Made by a program: the position numbers and the translations under genes
Shown: positions 1 through 11,585 of the stretch, in pieces
Layout: every line of letters starts with the position of its first letter
Numbering within the stretch: the stretch's first letter is position 1
Notes under the pieces: generated by a model
The model's input: the letters and a program-made list of their open reading frames with translations, nothing else
The model's database searches: none
Told to the model about the DNA's origin: nothing
Assembly: GCF_004010195.1 (NCBI RefSeq)
Contig: NW_025215300.1
Location: 50,855-87,961 of the forward strand
Direction of reading: 5' to 3'
From: Chiloscyllium plagiosum
Lineage: Eukaryota
Length of the DNA stretch: 37,107 nt

Positions 1-39
1 ATCCCCCCCCCCCATCCCCATCCCCCATCCCCTGGGGGA

Positions 40-1070
40 GGGGCCAATGGGACGGTCTCTCCGCCCACTGGACCCTCGCTCACTGATTGATGGGGAAGGC
101 GGGGCCAATGGGAATGTCTCCTCTCCCTCTGACCCGCCCCCCGGGGGGTGGTCATTGTCCGCGTTCCCGGACCCAGACCACGCCTACTCTGTGCGTGGGG
201 TGACGTGAGGGCCAATGGGAGGTTATAGCGGACCCAGACAATGTCCACACCACCCAGCCGGGTGTGGTGAAGGCCGGCCCAATGGGGGGGTCTCCCGTGC
301 CTCTGAGCCCCGCCCCCATGCGGGTATGTGGTGAAGTCCGGGCCAATGGGAGAGACTCCCGTGCCTCTGAACCCCGCCCTCATGGTGAAGTCCGAGCCAA
401 TGGGAGGAGCTTACGTACGCCAGAGCCCCGCCCCCATGGGGGCGTCGAGGTTCGTGCCAATAGGAGGGGGTGTTATGAAGACTGGGCCAATGGGAGGACC
501 TCCCGTGCCCCTGAACACCGCCCCCAAGGATTGGTTGGTGAAGATCGAGCCAATGGGATGATCACCATGCCCCTGAGCCCCGCCCCCATGGGGGTTGAGG
601 AGTAGCCCTGGCCAACGGGTGGGTCTCCTGAGCCCCGCCCCCGGGGATGGGGTGTGGTGTAACCCTCGCCAACGGGAGTGTCTCCCGTGCCCCTGAACCT
701 CGCCCCTCCGGGCAGGGTGTGTGGCTTAACCCTGGCCAATGGGAGAGTCTCCCGTGCCCCTAAGCCCCGCCTCCATGGGGGTGCGGCTTAGCCCTGGCCA
801 ATGGGAGGGTCTACCGTGCCCCTGAGCCCCGCCTCCATGGGGGTGCGGCTTAGCCCTGGCCAATGGGAGGGTCTCCCGTGCCCCTGAGCCCCGCCTCCAT
901 GGGGGTGCGGCTTAGCCCTGGCCAACGGGAGGGTATCCCGTGCCGCTGAGCCCCGCCTCCATGGGGGTGCGGCTTAGCCCTGGCCAATGGGAGGGTCTCC
1001 CGTGCCCCTGAGCCCCGCCTCCATGGGGGTGCGGCTTAGCCCTGGCCAATGGGAGGGTCCCTCGTGCCCC
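40..1070 (+). repeat. Promoter minisatellite, ~62-bp unit carrying a CCAAT box and a GC box; six homogeneous units at ~725-1070 and about ten diverged units upstream
   Basis: Unit CCAATGGGAGGGTCTCCCGTGCCCCTGAGCCCCGCCTCCATGGGGGTGCGGCTTAGCCCTGG. CCAA(T/C) starts at 736, 798, 860, 922, 984 and 1046, exactly 62 bp apart. Looser copies have CCAAT at 44, 105, 212, 279, 343, 397, 457, 487 and 550. Confidence 0.95.
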
Positions 1071-1100
1071 GCCCCCCTCCCCCCACCCGGCGGTATAAAG
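1046..1100 (+). promoter_or_regulatory. Core promoter of PGAM2: proximal CCAAT box and TATA box
   Basis: GGCCAATGGG (CCAAT 1046-1050) and TATAAA at 1094-1099, 79 bp upstream of ATG 1173, in CpG-rich sequence. Confidence 0.8.
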
Positions 1101-1172
1101 AGCGTGGCGGTTGGCGGCGGGCGGGCGCGTGCTGCTGCGGACGGCCTGCGTTTCCCGCCCGGGTCGGCAGCG

Positions 1173-1586
1173 ATGGCGTGTCACCGCCTGGTGCTGGTGC
1201 GGCACGGCGAGAGCACCTGGAACCAGGAGAACCGCTTCTGCGGCTGGTTCGACGCGGAGCTGAGCGAGCGGGGCGTGGGCGAGGCGCAGCGCGGGGCCCA
1301 GGCCCTGCGGGACTCCGGCTACCTGTTTGACTGCTGCTTCACCTCGCTGCTGCGCCGCGCCGTCCGCACCCTCTGGATCATCCTGGACACCACCGACCAG
1401 ATGTGGCTGCCCGTCACCCGCTCCTGGCGCCTCAACGAGCGGCACTACGGCGCCCTGACCGGCCTCAACAAGGCGGAGACCGCCGCCCGCCACGGCGAGG
1501 AGCAGGTCCGCGTCTGGAGGCGGTCCTTCGACGTGCCGCCGCCCCCCATGGACGACCAGCACCCCCACTACTGCACCATCAGCAAG
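1173..1586 (+). CDS. PGAM2: Phosphoglycerate mutase 2, coding exon 1 (414 nt, 138 codons)
   Basis: [34 protein letters not shown]...[43 protein letters not shown] with the catalytic RHG motif. Donor AAG|GTCAGA at 1587. The single 414-nt first coding exon and the N-terminus match PGAM2, not PGAM1. Confidence 0.93.
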
Positions 1587-1925
1587 GTCAGAGGGCAGCG
1601 CGCCGCGGGGGGCGGTGGGGGGAAAGGTCAGAGGGTGGTCTGAGTGTGCCCCCCCCTCTGGGGGAGGGTAAAGGTCAGAGGGTGGTCTGAGTGTGCCCCC
1701 CCTCTGGGGGAGGGTAAAGGTCAGAGGGTGGTCTGTGTGCCCCCCCCTCTGGGGGAGGGTAAAGGTCAGAGGGTGGTCTGAGTGTGGCCCCCCCTCTGGG
1801 GGAGGGTAAAGGTCAGAGGGTGGTCTGAGTGTGCCCCCCCTCTGGGGGAGGGTCAAGGTCAGAGGGTGGTCTGTGTGGCCCCCCCTCTGGGGGAGGGTAA
1901 AGGTGAGAGGGTAGCCTGAGTGCGC
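1584..1925 (+). repeat. G-rich intron-1 minisatellite, 45-47-bp unit, about 7 copies, starting at the exon 1 donor
   Basis: Unit AAGGTCAGAGGGTGGTCTGAGTGTGCCCCCCCTCTGGGGGAGGGTA. AAG|GT occurs at 1587, 1627, 1674, 1720, 1765, 1812, 1858 and 1903. Confidence 0.95.
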
Positions 1926-2814
1926 CCTGTGGGGATAAAGGTGGGGGTTGGGGGAGGTAGGGATTAATGCTTTCCTAAAAGCTACCCCTCAATTGTTAAT
2001 ACCTGAAAGTGGGCTGGTAGGGTGACAGACCGGTTGTGGGATTAAATGAGTTTGGGTGGATTGATGTGGGGTGGGGTGAATTGTTCTGTGTGGTCAGTCT
2101 GCTGGCATACTGGGGAGACATCATTTCAGTGAAGGAGCACATGTGGTGCAGACCCCTGTTCTGTGCATGTGCTTAACAAGGCTTGATAACTCATCCTTGT
2201 TTTAGATGCAGCATTTGAATCCAGTGTGTGGTGGATTTGTGTAGGAAGCATGTCCACATTTTAACTGCTTTCAGACTCTCTCTTGTTCTCGTGCTCTCTC
2301 TCTCTTTGTCCACCCACCCTTCCCCCACTCCCACAGTGAGACGTGCAGTTCCCCATGATCCATTCTCTCTCACTGAGTAAAATGGAATGGAAACTCTTGT
2401 GCACCACATCCTCTGAATCAGTCGTTCTCTGAGCTACACCTCTCCCCTCCCTTTTTTTTTTCTTTTTCTGCTAATAACTGAATCATCAGATGTGGAACTA
2501 GTCCTCCCCAAACTCATCACTGGCAGAGTATCTCTTGCAGACTTGGCTGGGGGGGTGGGGGGAGGAGATGAGGAGGAGGCTAGCACTGGTGTTCCCTTGG
2601 AATTTTGAACATCAAACATTCTGCTTCTCAGGGGAGGGTTTATAGAGTTGTGCTTGCATTTTGAGTAAATGCACTTTTTTAACCTCTGCCAGGTGACTGC
2701 CTTTGAAAATACACTCTTTCCCTGCTGCCTGTCTTCCCATTGCCATCCTGTTTTACTGAAAAAAACAGGATTGCCCTGGCAATCTCTTTGACAAGATTGA
2801 TCCTTCAGGGGTTA

Positions 2815-3650
2815 AGTTATGAGTGTCATACAGCACGGAAACTACCCTTCAGTCCAACATGTCCATGCCGACCCAGCTATCCTAACCTAATCTGATCCCA
2901 TTTGCCAGCACTTGGCACATATCCCTCCCAACCCTTCCTATTTGTGTCCCCATCTGGATGCTTTTTAAATGTTGTAATTGTACCAGCCTCCACCATTTCC
3001 TCTGGCAGCTCATTCCATACACGTATCACCCTCTGCGTGAAATATCTTTTCCCCTCTCGTCTTAAACATATAGCCCTCTACATTTGGACTCCCCGACCGC
3101 AGAGAAAAGACTTTGTCTATTTACCCTATCCATGTCCCTCGTGATTTTATAAACCTCAAGTCACCCCTCAGCCTCTGATGCTCCAGGGAAAACAGCCCCA
3201 GCCTGTTCAGCCTCTCCCTGTAGCTTGAATCCTCTGACCCTGGCAACATCCTTGAAAGGGTGCAGAAAAGATTGACATGTTTAATATGTCTCTCCAGTAT
3301 TCCAACAGTGGCCTAACCAATGCCCTGTACAGCCGCAACATGACCTCCCAACTCCTGTACTCAATACTCTGACCAATAAAGGAAAGCATACCAAACGCCT
3401 TCTTCACTATCCTATCTACCTGCGACTCCACTTTCATGGAGCTATGAACCTGCACTCCAAGGTCTCTTTGTTCAGCAACACTCCCTAGGACCTTACCATT
3501 AAGTGTATAAGTCCTGCTAAGATTTGCTTTCCCAAAATGCAGCACCTCGCATTTATCTGAATTAAACTCCATCTGCCACTTCTCAGCCCATTGGCCCATC
3601 TTGTCAAGATCTCATTGTAACCTGAGGTAACCCTCTTTGCTGTCCACTAT
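2815..3650 (-). mobile_element. CR1-clade LINE 3' fragment (end of RT domain plus tail), decayed
   Basis: ORF 3207..3599: WAEKWQMEFNSDKCEVLHFG...DLGVQVHSSMKV...LYRALVRPLLEY is typical of CR1 ORF2. Confidence 0.9.
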
Positions 3651-4231
3651 GAATCTTTGCAACTTTGTCTTTCAAAGAGTTGTGGATGCACAACCATTGA
3701 ATATATTAACAGTTGAGTCTCTGACAAACTACAAATTTATCAACTCCAGGGAGGGGGGGAGGAAAACAGTAGAGGCAGATTAAACTGTTGAGCAGCTTGA
3801 AATTATACAAATGGGGTCTGTCTTCTCTCAAATTTAGAAAGTTAAGATGTGACCTAATTGAAGTTTTCACCATATTAAAGGGAAAAGTCAGGGTAGGTAA
3901 ATTATTTCCACTGTGGATTCCTGGAATAGGGGCATAGCCTGAGAATTATGGCAAAACTCCTTCAGAGAAATGTTAGGAAGCAGTTAAAGGTGTGCTTTTC
4001 CTCTATTTAAAGTCAGTTTTTTTTAAAAGGTGTCCTCTTTCAAAAAATAATTGAATATTTTCTTGGATGTTGATGCAGAATGAAAGGATGAGAGTTAGAT
4101 TTGCTCACACTTAATTCTGTAGGAATACATTCTCTCATGGTTTGGTTTTGTGTGGTGGGTTTGAAGGTGTAATTTTGTTTTGAAATCGGTTTTTGATAAC
4201 TCAATCTATTGTTAAAAAAAAAAGGTAATAA

Positions 4232-4510
4232 TCCCTTGTGTGGAAACAGGCCCATCGGCCCAACCAGTCCACACTGACCCCCTGAAGAGTAACCCACCCA
4301 GACCCATTCCCTATTATGTCTGCCCTGACTAATGCACCTAATCTGCACATCCCTGAGCACTATGGCTAATTTCCCATGGCCAATCCACCCTAACCTGGTG
4401 GGAGGAAACCGGAGCACCCGGAGGAAACCCATGCAGACACTGAGAATGTACAAACTCCACACAGCCAGTCGCCTGAGGCTGGAATCTAACCTGGGAGGCA
4501 GCGATGCTAG
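4232..4510 (-). mobile_element. HE1-like V-SINE copy
   Basis: Reverse complement of the ...GGAGTTTGCACATTCTC...GGGTTTCCTCCGGGTGCTCCGGTTTCCTCCCAC... core shared by many copies in the window. Confidence 0.85.
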
Positions 4511-4566
4511 CCTCTGTGTTGCCAATATTTATTTTTGCCTTTTTTATTCTCCCCCCCACCTCACAG

Positions 4567-4747
4567 GCACGTCGCTATGCAGATCTGAAGGCCGGTGAGC
4601 TCCCTGCCTGTGAGAGTCTGAAGGACACCATTGCACGAGCCCTGCCATTCTGGAATGATGTGGTCGTGCCACAGATTAAGGCAGGCAAGCGAGTGCTGAT
4701 CGCGGCCCACGGCAACAGCCTGCGTGGCATTGTCAAACACTTGGAGG
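4567..4747 (+). CDS. PGAM2: Phosphoglycerate mutase 2, coding exon 2 (181 nt)
   Basis: Acceptor ctcacag|[63 protein letters not shown]; donor G|gtaagt. Confidence 0.95.
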
Positions 4748-4857
4748 GTAAGTGGCACTGGAGTCCCCTTCTCTTTTTTAAAAAAAAAATCATTGGAATA
4801 TGGGCACCTAACTGACTAGGATTGGCATCATCTCTCTCTGCCTGTGTGTGTGTCGGT

Positions 4858-5112
4858 GTTTATTGCCTGTCCCTATCAAGGTTGAGAGTCAACTACATTG
4901 CTGTGGGTCTGCAGTCATATGTAGGCCAGACCAGGTAAGGATGGCAGATTCCTTCCTGAAAGGAAGTGACTCAGATGGGCACCCCCCACAATTATTGATC
5001 GAACATTAATTCCAGATTTTGATGGAATTCAAACTGTGCATTCTGGGCTGGGATTCGAACCCCAATCTCCCCAGGGCCCCTGGATGAACAGTGCAGCAAT
5101 AATACCACCAGC
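4858..5112 (-). mobile_element. Decayed tRNA-derived SINE of a second family (Deu/SacSINE-like)
   Basis: B-box-like GGTTCGAATCCC on the minus strand (~5050-5062). A tail resembling AGGGANNGGCAATAAA is shared with the L2-like tail at ~6220-6245. Family name is from recall only. Confidence 0.5.
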
Positions 5113-6029
5113 CCATCACCTCTCCTTTTAAGGGATTACTCCCTTAGTTCTGAAATTGGGTTTGGGGTGGAGAAAATGCTGATGGTGGGGAGTTATTTTT
5201 AAAAAGATCCCTGAGGGGAATCTCCTGCCAATAGTTGGGGTTCAAAAGCCTGCTGTGATTTTTTTTAATTATTATTTCAGTCCCTGTCTGTCCCCACGTC
5301 GCCCACTGGGTGCGGACTCGTGTTCCGGCTTATCCGAAAGCTTTCGCCCTTTAAAAGTCACTTTCAGGGCAGCATGAAGGTCTCGCTATATCCAGCACTG
5401 GGGATATTAAGTGACTGGCTGCTCTGGAGGTATTGATTACAACTGACCTTTGAATAACAGGAGGCTTCTTGTCCACCCTGGACTCAGAAGAGCATTGGGG
5501 CAAAGAGAGCGAGAGACTGTCTCTCTAAACTTGAAACAGACCCTTCAGTCCAAGTCTGTTTCCTTGCTGTACGTCTGTGTCTCTCTCTGTCTGTGTGTGT
5601 GTGTGTCTGTCTTATTGCTGTCACTTGAATACATGTTTGTTCTGCTTTCTCTCTCTATGCAGTGACACAGCATATCCTCTTTCCCCATGAACTCTTCCCT
5701 TATTGTGACTGTCCTGTTGGTTTAAAAACAACTATGGCCACACTTGGGGAGGGGTGCCTAACCAGATGTGGCGGAGTGAATCATTTGCTTTCCGTCTCTC
5801 TTCCTACTCGTGGAGGGTCGGAATGTTTTTTTTTGTTCTTTGGGCAAGAGAATGAGCATTCCTGGTACCCCAGAGGAAAAAGGAGCTGACGGAAGGGTCC
5901 TGGCATCGAAACATCGACTGTGCTGCTTGGCTTCTCCAGCTCCACGTCTGTCGATGTTGACTTAGACCCTTTTTTAGCCTGCCCAGTGTGTGGCATCGTT
6001 GAACAGACAGTGATTCCGGCAGCTCTGGG

Positions 6030-6262
6030 GCCAGTGTGTGACCAGGGAGGACGACACGTGTTTGTCCTCACCTGTGGATCCTTCCTCCAAATCCGGAGGA
6101 CCTTCGGTGCTGCTGGGTCGGAATCCTGGAATTCCCTCCCTCAGGGCATTGTGGGTCAACTCGCAGCAGGTGGACTGCAGCGATTCAAGAAGGCAGCTCA
6201 CCCCCACCTTCAAGGGGAAACTAGGGAGGGGGCAATAAATGCTGGCCAGTCATGTCCAATGA
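6030..6262 (+). mobile_element. L2-like LINE 3' end fragment
   Basis: SWNSLPQGIV...LQRFKKAAH coding remnant followed by the tail AGGGAGGGGGCAATAAATGCTGGCC. Confidence 0.6.
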
Positions 6263-6404
6263 ATTATATTTTAAAATGGAGGTGCCATTGCATTCCTGGG
6301 TATGTGATAACACCCCATCTCTGGCTCAACCTTAACTCTCCTGCTAACCAAATATTACAGCTGTGACACTACTCTGAATTTCTATAGATTATTGATACAT
6401 CGAA

Positions 6405-6980
6405 TCCCTTCAGTGTGGAAGCCGACCATACGGCCCATTGAGTCCACACTCTTCCTCCCTGAAGAGCATCTCCAACTAGACCCTCGCTCCCCTGTCTGTC
6501 CCTGTAACCCGACATTTTCCCCATGGCTAACCCACCTAGAGCCTGCACATCTCTGGACAGGACAGAGCAACTTAGCATGACCAAGTTCAGTGCAGGACAC
6601 AAGTCCTGAAAGCACTTACCATGTGAAAGCCCAGTTCAGGTACAAGGTCCCAGTATTGAAATAGTAGCCGTCTAGATTAGATTCCTGACAGTGTGGAAAC
6701 AGGCCCTTCAGCCCGACAAGTCCACACTCCAAGTAACCCACCCAGACCTGTTTTTTCCCCCACCTCTGACTAATGCAGCTAACACTATGGGCAATTTAGC
6801 ATGACCAATCCACCCTAACCTGCACAACTTTGGACTGTGGGATGAAACCGGAGCACCCGGAGGAAACCCACACAGACACGGGGAGAATATACAAACTCCA
6901 CACAGACAGGCGCCTGAAGCTGGAATCGAACCTAGGTCCTTGATGCTGTGAGGCAGCAGTGCTAACCACTGAGCCACCCC
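6405..6980 (-). mobile_element. Two HE1-like SINE copies (partial at ~6405-6580; near complete at ~6673-6980)
   Basis: Head GTGGCTCAGTGGTTAGCACTGCTGCCTCACAGC read on the minus strand near 6945-6978, with core and tail present. Confidence 0.85.
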
Positions 6981-7927
6981 AATTTCTTTCCATGTAGCTG
7001 CTACTATGTTTTTCAGCCTGTAATGTCTTTTTAAAATGTGCTGGACTGTGGTAGCCTGTTTCAGACAGTCCACCCAGTCTCTAACATACACTAGTTTTTG
7101 AGGAAGGATTTGGGACAACTTTGCACATGGAATTTCTTGCGTGGTGTGGTGTATGCTTAGTAATAAGCCTGGCTTTTTATTTAATGTAGCATTTGACTGA
7201 TTTTTGTTAAAAATCTAAACCCAAACTAACTCCTTTCTCTCCTGAAAGATGGGGCCACAGATGCATACCCTGGAACTCTGTCAAACTTAAGGGTATTGGC
7301 TACCTTTTAGGAGACTTCTACAGCGCTGGCTATTTTGATGCTCCATCAGTGATGCTGAGTCAGGTTTATGTAAAACTGACCAGGTTTCCCATTCTGGAGA
7401 GGTCACTCCTCTTTTCCCCCAACCTCAACCCCAGCAGCTCTTCAAACCTGAGGCTCACGTTACCGTTACTGACTGAGTGACCGCTCCCTCTCATTGAGAT
7501 TGCAGTGCTATTAATAACCGCAGCACACCCTGAGTGTGTAACCCAAGCCAGCGAAGACTTGCTCGGTAAATGTCAGAGGTGTTGGAAGGCGTTCCTGTCA
7601 CTGACCTGGGCAGGGTTGATCTAGGGACTAGATAGTCGATATTAAACTTGAGCCGGACAGCATTAATGCTTTCTCCCCTTGAATCCAGTCTGGAGACTAC
7701 CTTTTCCTACCATCTGTAATCCTGGACCCTCTGCCTTTTGGTCATTTAGAATGTTCTAATACATGCCCTCTTCCTCACTTTGCTTCTCTCTCATTTTGAA
7801 TTCAGCTTTTAGCTGACAGATCACTTCAGTGCACCAGCAGAAGCTCTTGTGACATCTTTTTAAAATAAAAGCTATTGAAATGGAGGCCTGCAGAAAATCT
7901 GTGCATCAGTATTGCAGTGTCTTAAGA

Positions 7928-8250
7928 TGGTTACCACTGCTGCCTCATGGTGCCAGGGACCGAGGTTCAATTCCAGCCTCTGGCAACTGTGCAAACTCCA
8001 CACAGACATTCTCCCCCAGTGTCTGTGTGGGTTTCCTCCAGGTGCTCCGGTTTCCTCCCACAGTCCAAAGACGTGCAGGTTAGGGTGGATTGGCTGTGCA
8101 AAATTACCCACAATGCCCAGAGATGTGCAGTTTAGGGTGGATTGGCCGTGATAATTGCCCACAGTATCAGAGGATAATGTAGGGTTTCGGGGAGAGCACT
8201 GTTTGGAGGCTCTGAACTCAATGGGCCAAACAGACTACTTCCACACCATC
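7928..8250 (+). mobile_element. HE1-like SINE
   Basis: TGGTTACCACTGCTGCCTCA head and GGGTTTCCTCCAGGTGCTCCGGTTTCCTCCCACAGTCCAAAG core. Confidence 0.85.
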
Positions 8251-8364
8251 AGGTTTTGATATATCACTGCTGTTTTCACAGCCTACAGCGCAGTGTGATG
8301 AGTGACTGCTGCTGCTTCTCAGTGTCCACTTGAGTTTCACTGCTGTCTCTCTTTCCCCGTTCAG

Positions 8365-8534
8365 GTATGTCTGACGCTGCCATCATGGAGCTCAACCTGC
8401 CCACCGGTATCCCCATTGTCTACGAGCTGGACGCAAACCTGAAGCCTACGGGTCCCATGAAGTTCCTGGGGGACGAGGCAACTGTGAAGGCAGCCATGGA
8501 GGCAGTGGCATCCCAAGGCAAGGTCAAGAAATGA
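8365..8534 (+). CDS. PGAM2: Phosphoglycerate mutase 2, coding exon 3 (170 nt, to stop)
   Basis: Acceptor ttccccgttcag|GT ATG; (G)[55 protein letters not shown]. Spliced CDS is 414+181+170=765 nt, 254 aa. Confidence 0.95.
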
Positions 8535-8617
8535 AAGCCCCAGATTTCAGACAAAAGCGAGCATTGGGCACTGTGACAGGTGCGCAATGCTGTGCTCACA
8601 TCATGTTGTTGTTTTTT

Positions 8618-8623
8618 AATAAA
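8618..8623 (+). terminator. Polyadenylation signal of PGAM2
   Basis: AATAAA 84 bp after the TGA stop, followed by T-rich sequence. Confidence 0.75.
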
Positions 8624-8716
8624 GCATTGCTGTTATTTATCACTTAAATTAAACCTAACCCTGATGCCATCTGCTTCTGTCTCTCTCATTTTGTCACCAG
8701 CCATGACCAGGCCCCA

Positions 8717-9050
8717 GCACAGTGGCTCAGTGGTTAGCACTGCTGCCTCACAGCACCAGGGTCCCAAGTTCAACTTCAGCCTTGGGTGACTGTGTGGAGT
8801 TTGCACATTCTCCCCCATGTATGTGTGGGTTTCCTCCCACAATCCAAAGATGTGCAGGTCAGGTTGAATTGGCCATGCTAAATTACCCACAGTGCCCAGG
8901 GATGTGCAGCTTAGGGTGGATTGACCATGCTAAAATTCCCATAGTGCTAGGTGCATTAGTCGGAGGGACATGGATCTGGGTGGGTTACTCTTTGGTGTGG
9001 ACTGATTGGGCCAAAGGGTCTGTTTCCACACTGTAGGGAATCAAATCTAA
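8717..9050 (+). mobile_element. HE1-like SINE just downstream of the PGAM2 poly(A) signal
   Basis: GCACAGTGGCTCAGTGGTTAGCACTGCTGCCTCACAGC head and ...CTGTTTCCACACTGTAGGGAATC tail. Confidence 0.88.
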
Positions 9051-11573
9051 GCTGTTGCTTGTGTTGGACTGAACTGCCTGTCCCTGAATTACTACACTTC
9101 TGGACTTATTTACATGACCAATCGGTCATGTCTGCTTAACTCTAACACACTCAGGGTCACGTTCAGGCGAGATGTGTTCAGGGCACGGATTGCTGTGAAA
9201 ACCTGGAGCCTCATCATATTTCTGATCCTCTAACTCCTTCCTATCCCACAAAGGATTTCTTTTGCCGTTGTTCCTGGTTCTTGTCCACTGTTTGGTGTCT
9301 GTCTTTTTTTTAAAATTATATATTGTCTCTTTTTTTTTTTTTCCCCCCCAATCCCTGTTTCTTCTCCCTCTGTTACCTTGCAATTTCTGTTTATGCACCT
9401 GACCTGATACCCCCTTTCCCCTCCTCCCCCCCCCCCCCCTTGAATTTTTGCCTCTGTTCTGTGGTTCTCATGCACCTCTTCCATCACATCTGTAATGGTG
9501 GTGTAAAAGAACAGACCCATTTCCTCCACCTGTACTCTACTCTGTATTAATCCAATGACACCCACCCTGCCCCCTGTTGCATGGATGTAGGAAATCCTAT
9601 TTCAGTCATCGATGTACAGCTTGGTAACCGCTCCTTCGGTCCAACCCGTCCAGGCTGACCAGATATCCCAACCTAATCCATTCCCATTTGCCAGCACCCG
9701 GCCCATATCCCTCTTAAACCCTTCCTATTCATGTACCCATCCAAATGCCTTTTAAATGTTGCAATTGTACCAGCCTCTGGCAGCTCATTCCCCACACACC
9801 ACCCTCTGCATGAAAAAGTTGCCCCCTTAGGTCTCTTTTATATCTTTCCCCTCTCACCCTAAACCTGGTTCTGGACTCCTCCCACCCCAAGGAAAAAACT
9901 TTGCCTCTTTACCCTATCCATGCCCCTCATGATTTTATAAACCTCTATAAGGTCACCTGTCAGCCTCCGCTCCAGGGGAAATAGCCCCAGCTTGTTCAGC
10001 CTCTCCCTGTAGCTCAAACCCTCCAACAGTGGCCACATCCTTGTAAATCTTTCAGGCTCCACAACCACCTCCTGATAGGAAGGAGACCAGAGTTGCAAGC
10101 AATATTCCAAAAGTGGCCTAACCAATGCCCAGTACAGCTGCAACATGACCTCCCAACCCCTGTACTCAATACTGTGACTGATAAAGGAAAGCATACCAAA
10201 TGCCACCTTCACTATCCTATCTCCCTGCGACTCCACTTTCAAGGATTTATGACCTGCACTCCAAGGTCTCTGTTCAGCAACACTCTCCAAGACCTTACCA
10301 TTAAGTGTCTAAGTTCTGTCCTGATTTACTTTTCCAAAATGCAGCACCTCGCATTTATCTAAATTAAACTAATCTGCCATTCCTCAGCCCATTGGCCCAT
10401 TTGATCACGATCCTGTTGTAATCTGAGGTAACACTCTTCGCTGTCCACTACATCGCCGATTTTGGTGTCATCTGCAAACTTACTAACTGTACCTCTTATG
10501 CTCGCATCCAAATCATTTATGTAAATGACAAAAAGTAGAGGGCCCAGCACCGATCCTTGTGGTACTACACTGGTCACAGGCCTCCAGTCTGAAAAGCAAC
10601 CCTCCACCACCACCCTCTGTCTTCTACCTTTGAGCCAGTTCTGTATCTAAATGGCTAGTTCTCCCTGTATTCAGTGAGATCTAACCTTGTTAATCAATCT
10701 CCCGTGGGGAACCTTGTCGAATGCCTTGCTGAAGTCCAGAGAGATCACATCCACCGCTCTGTCCTCATCAATCTTCTTTGTTACTTCTTCAAAAAACTCA
10801 ATCAAGTTTGAGAGGCATGACTTCTCACACATAAAGCCATATTGACTACCCCGAAGCAGTCCTTGCCTTTCCAAATACATGTATATCCTGTCCTTGCCCA
10901 CCACCAAGGTCAGGCTCACCGGTCTATAGTTCCCTGGCTTGTCTTTACTGCCCTTCTTAAACAGTGGCACCACATTTGTCAACCTCCAGTCTTCCAGCAC
11001 CTCACCTGTGATTATCGATGATACAAATATCTCAGCAAGAGGCCCAGCAATTACGTCTCTAGCTTCCCACAGAGTTCTCGGGTACACCTGAGCAGGTCCT
11101 GGCGATTTATCCATTTTTATGTGTTTCAAAACATCCAGCGCTTCCTCCTCTGTAATATGGGCATTTTTCAAGATGTCACCATCTATTTCCCCTCATTCTA
11201 TATCTCTCATGTCCTTCTCCACAGTAAACACTGATGCAAAATACTCGTTTAGTATCTTCCCCCATCTCCTGTGGCACCACACAAAGGCCGCCTTGCTGAT
11301 CTTTGAGGGGCCCTATTCTCTCCCTAGTTACCCTTTTGTCCTTAATATATTTGTAAAAACCCTTTGGATATACCTTAATTCTATTTGCCAAAGCTATCTC
11401 ATGTCCCTTTTTTGCCCTCCTGATTTCCCTCTTAAGTAACTCCTACTTCCTTTATACTCTTCTAAGGATTCACTCGATCTCTCCTGTCTATACCTGGCAT
11501 ATGCTTCCTTCTTTTTCTTAACCAAACCCTTAATTTCTTTAGTCGTCCAGCATTCCCTATACCTACCAGCCTT

Positions 11574-11585
11574 NNNNNNNNNNNN
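11574..11585. other. Assembly gap (12 N)
   Basis: N run inside the CR1 ORF2. Confidence 1.

Noticed and set aside
725..1070. CRISPR-like array
   Set aside because: Contiguous tandem units without unique spacers, no cas genes, vertebrate context.
987..1172. In-frame N-terminal extension of PGAM2 from ATG 987
   Set aside because: It starts inside the promoter repeat, upstream of the TATA box; homology begins at ATG 1173.
912..1856. 314-aa minus-strand ORF
   Set aside because: Antisense shadow of GC-rich PGAM2 exon 1 plus the two minisatellites.
1173..8534. Calling the gene PGAM1 or BPGM
   Set aside because: Three coding exons with a 414-nt first exon, and motifs HRLV...[19 protein letters not shown] and GMSD, fit PGAM2 better.
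8717..8790. tRNA genes at SINE heads (also 14636 and 26512)
   Set aside because: A/B-box-like heads run directly into the SINE body and do not form a full cloverleaf.
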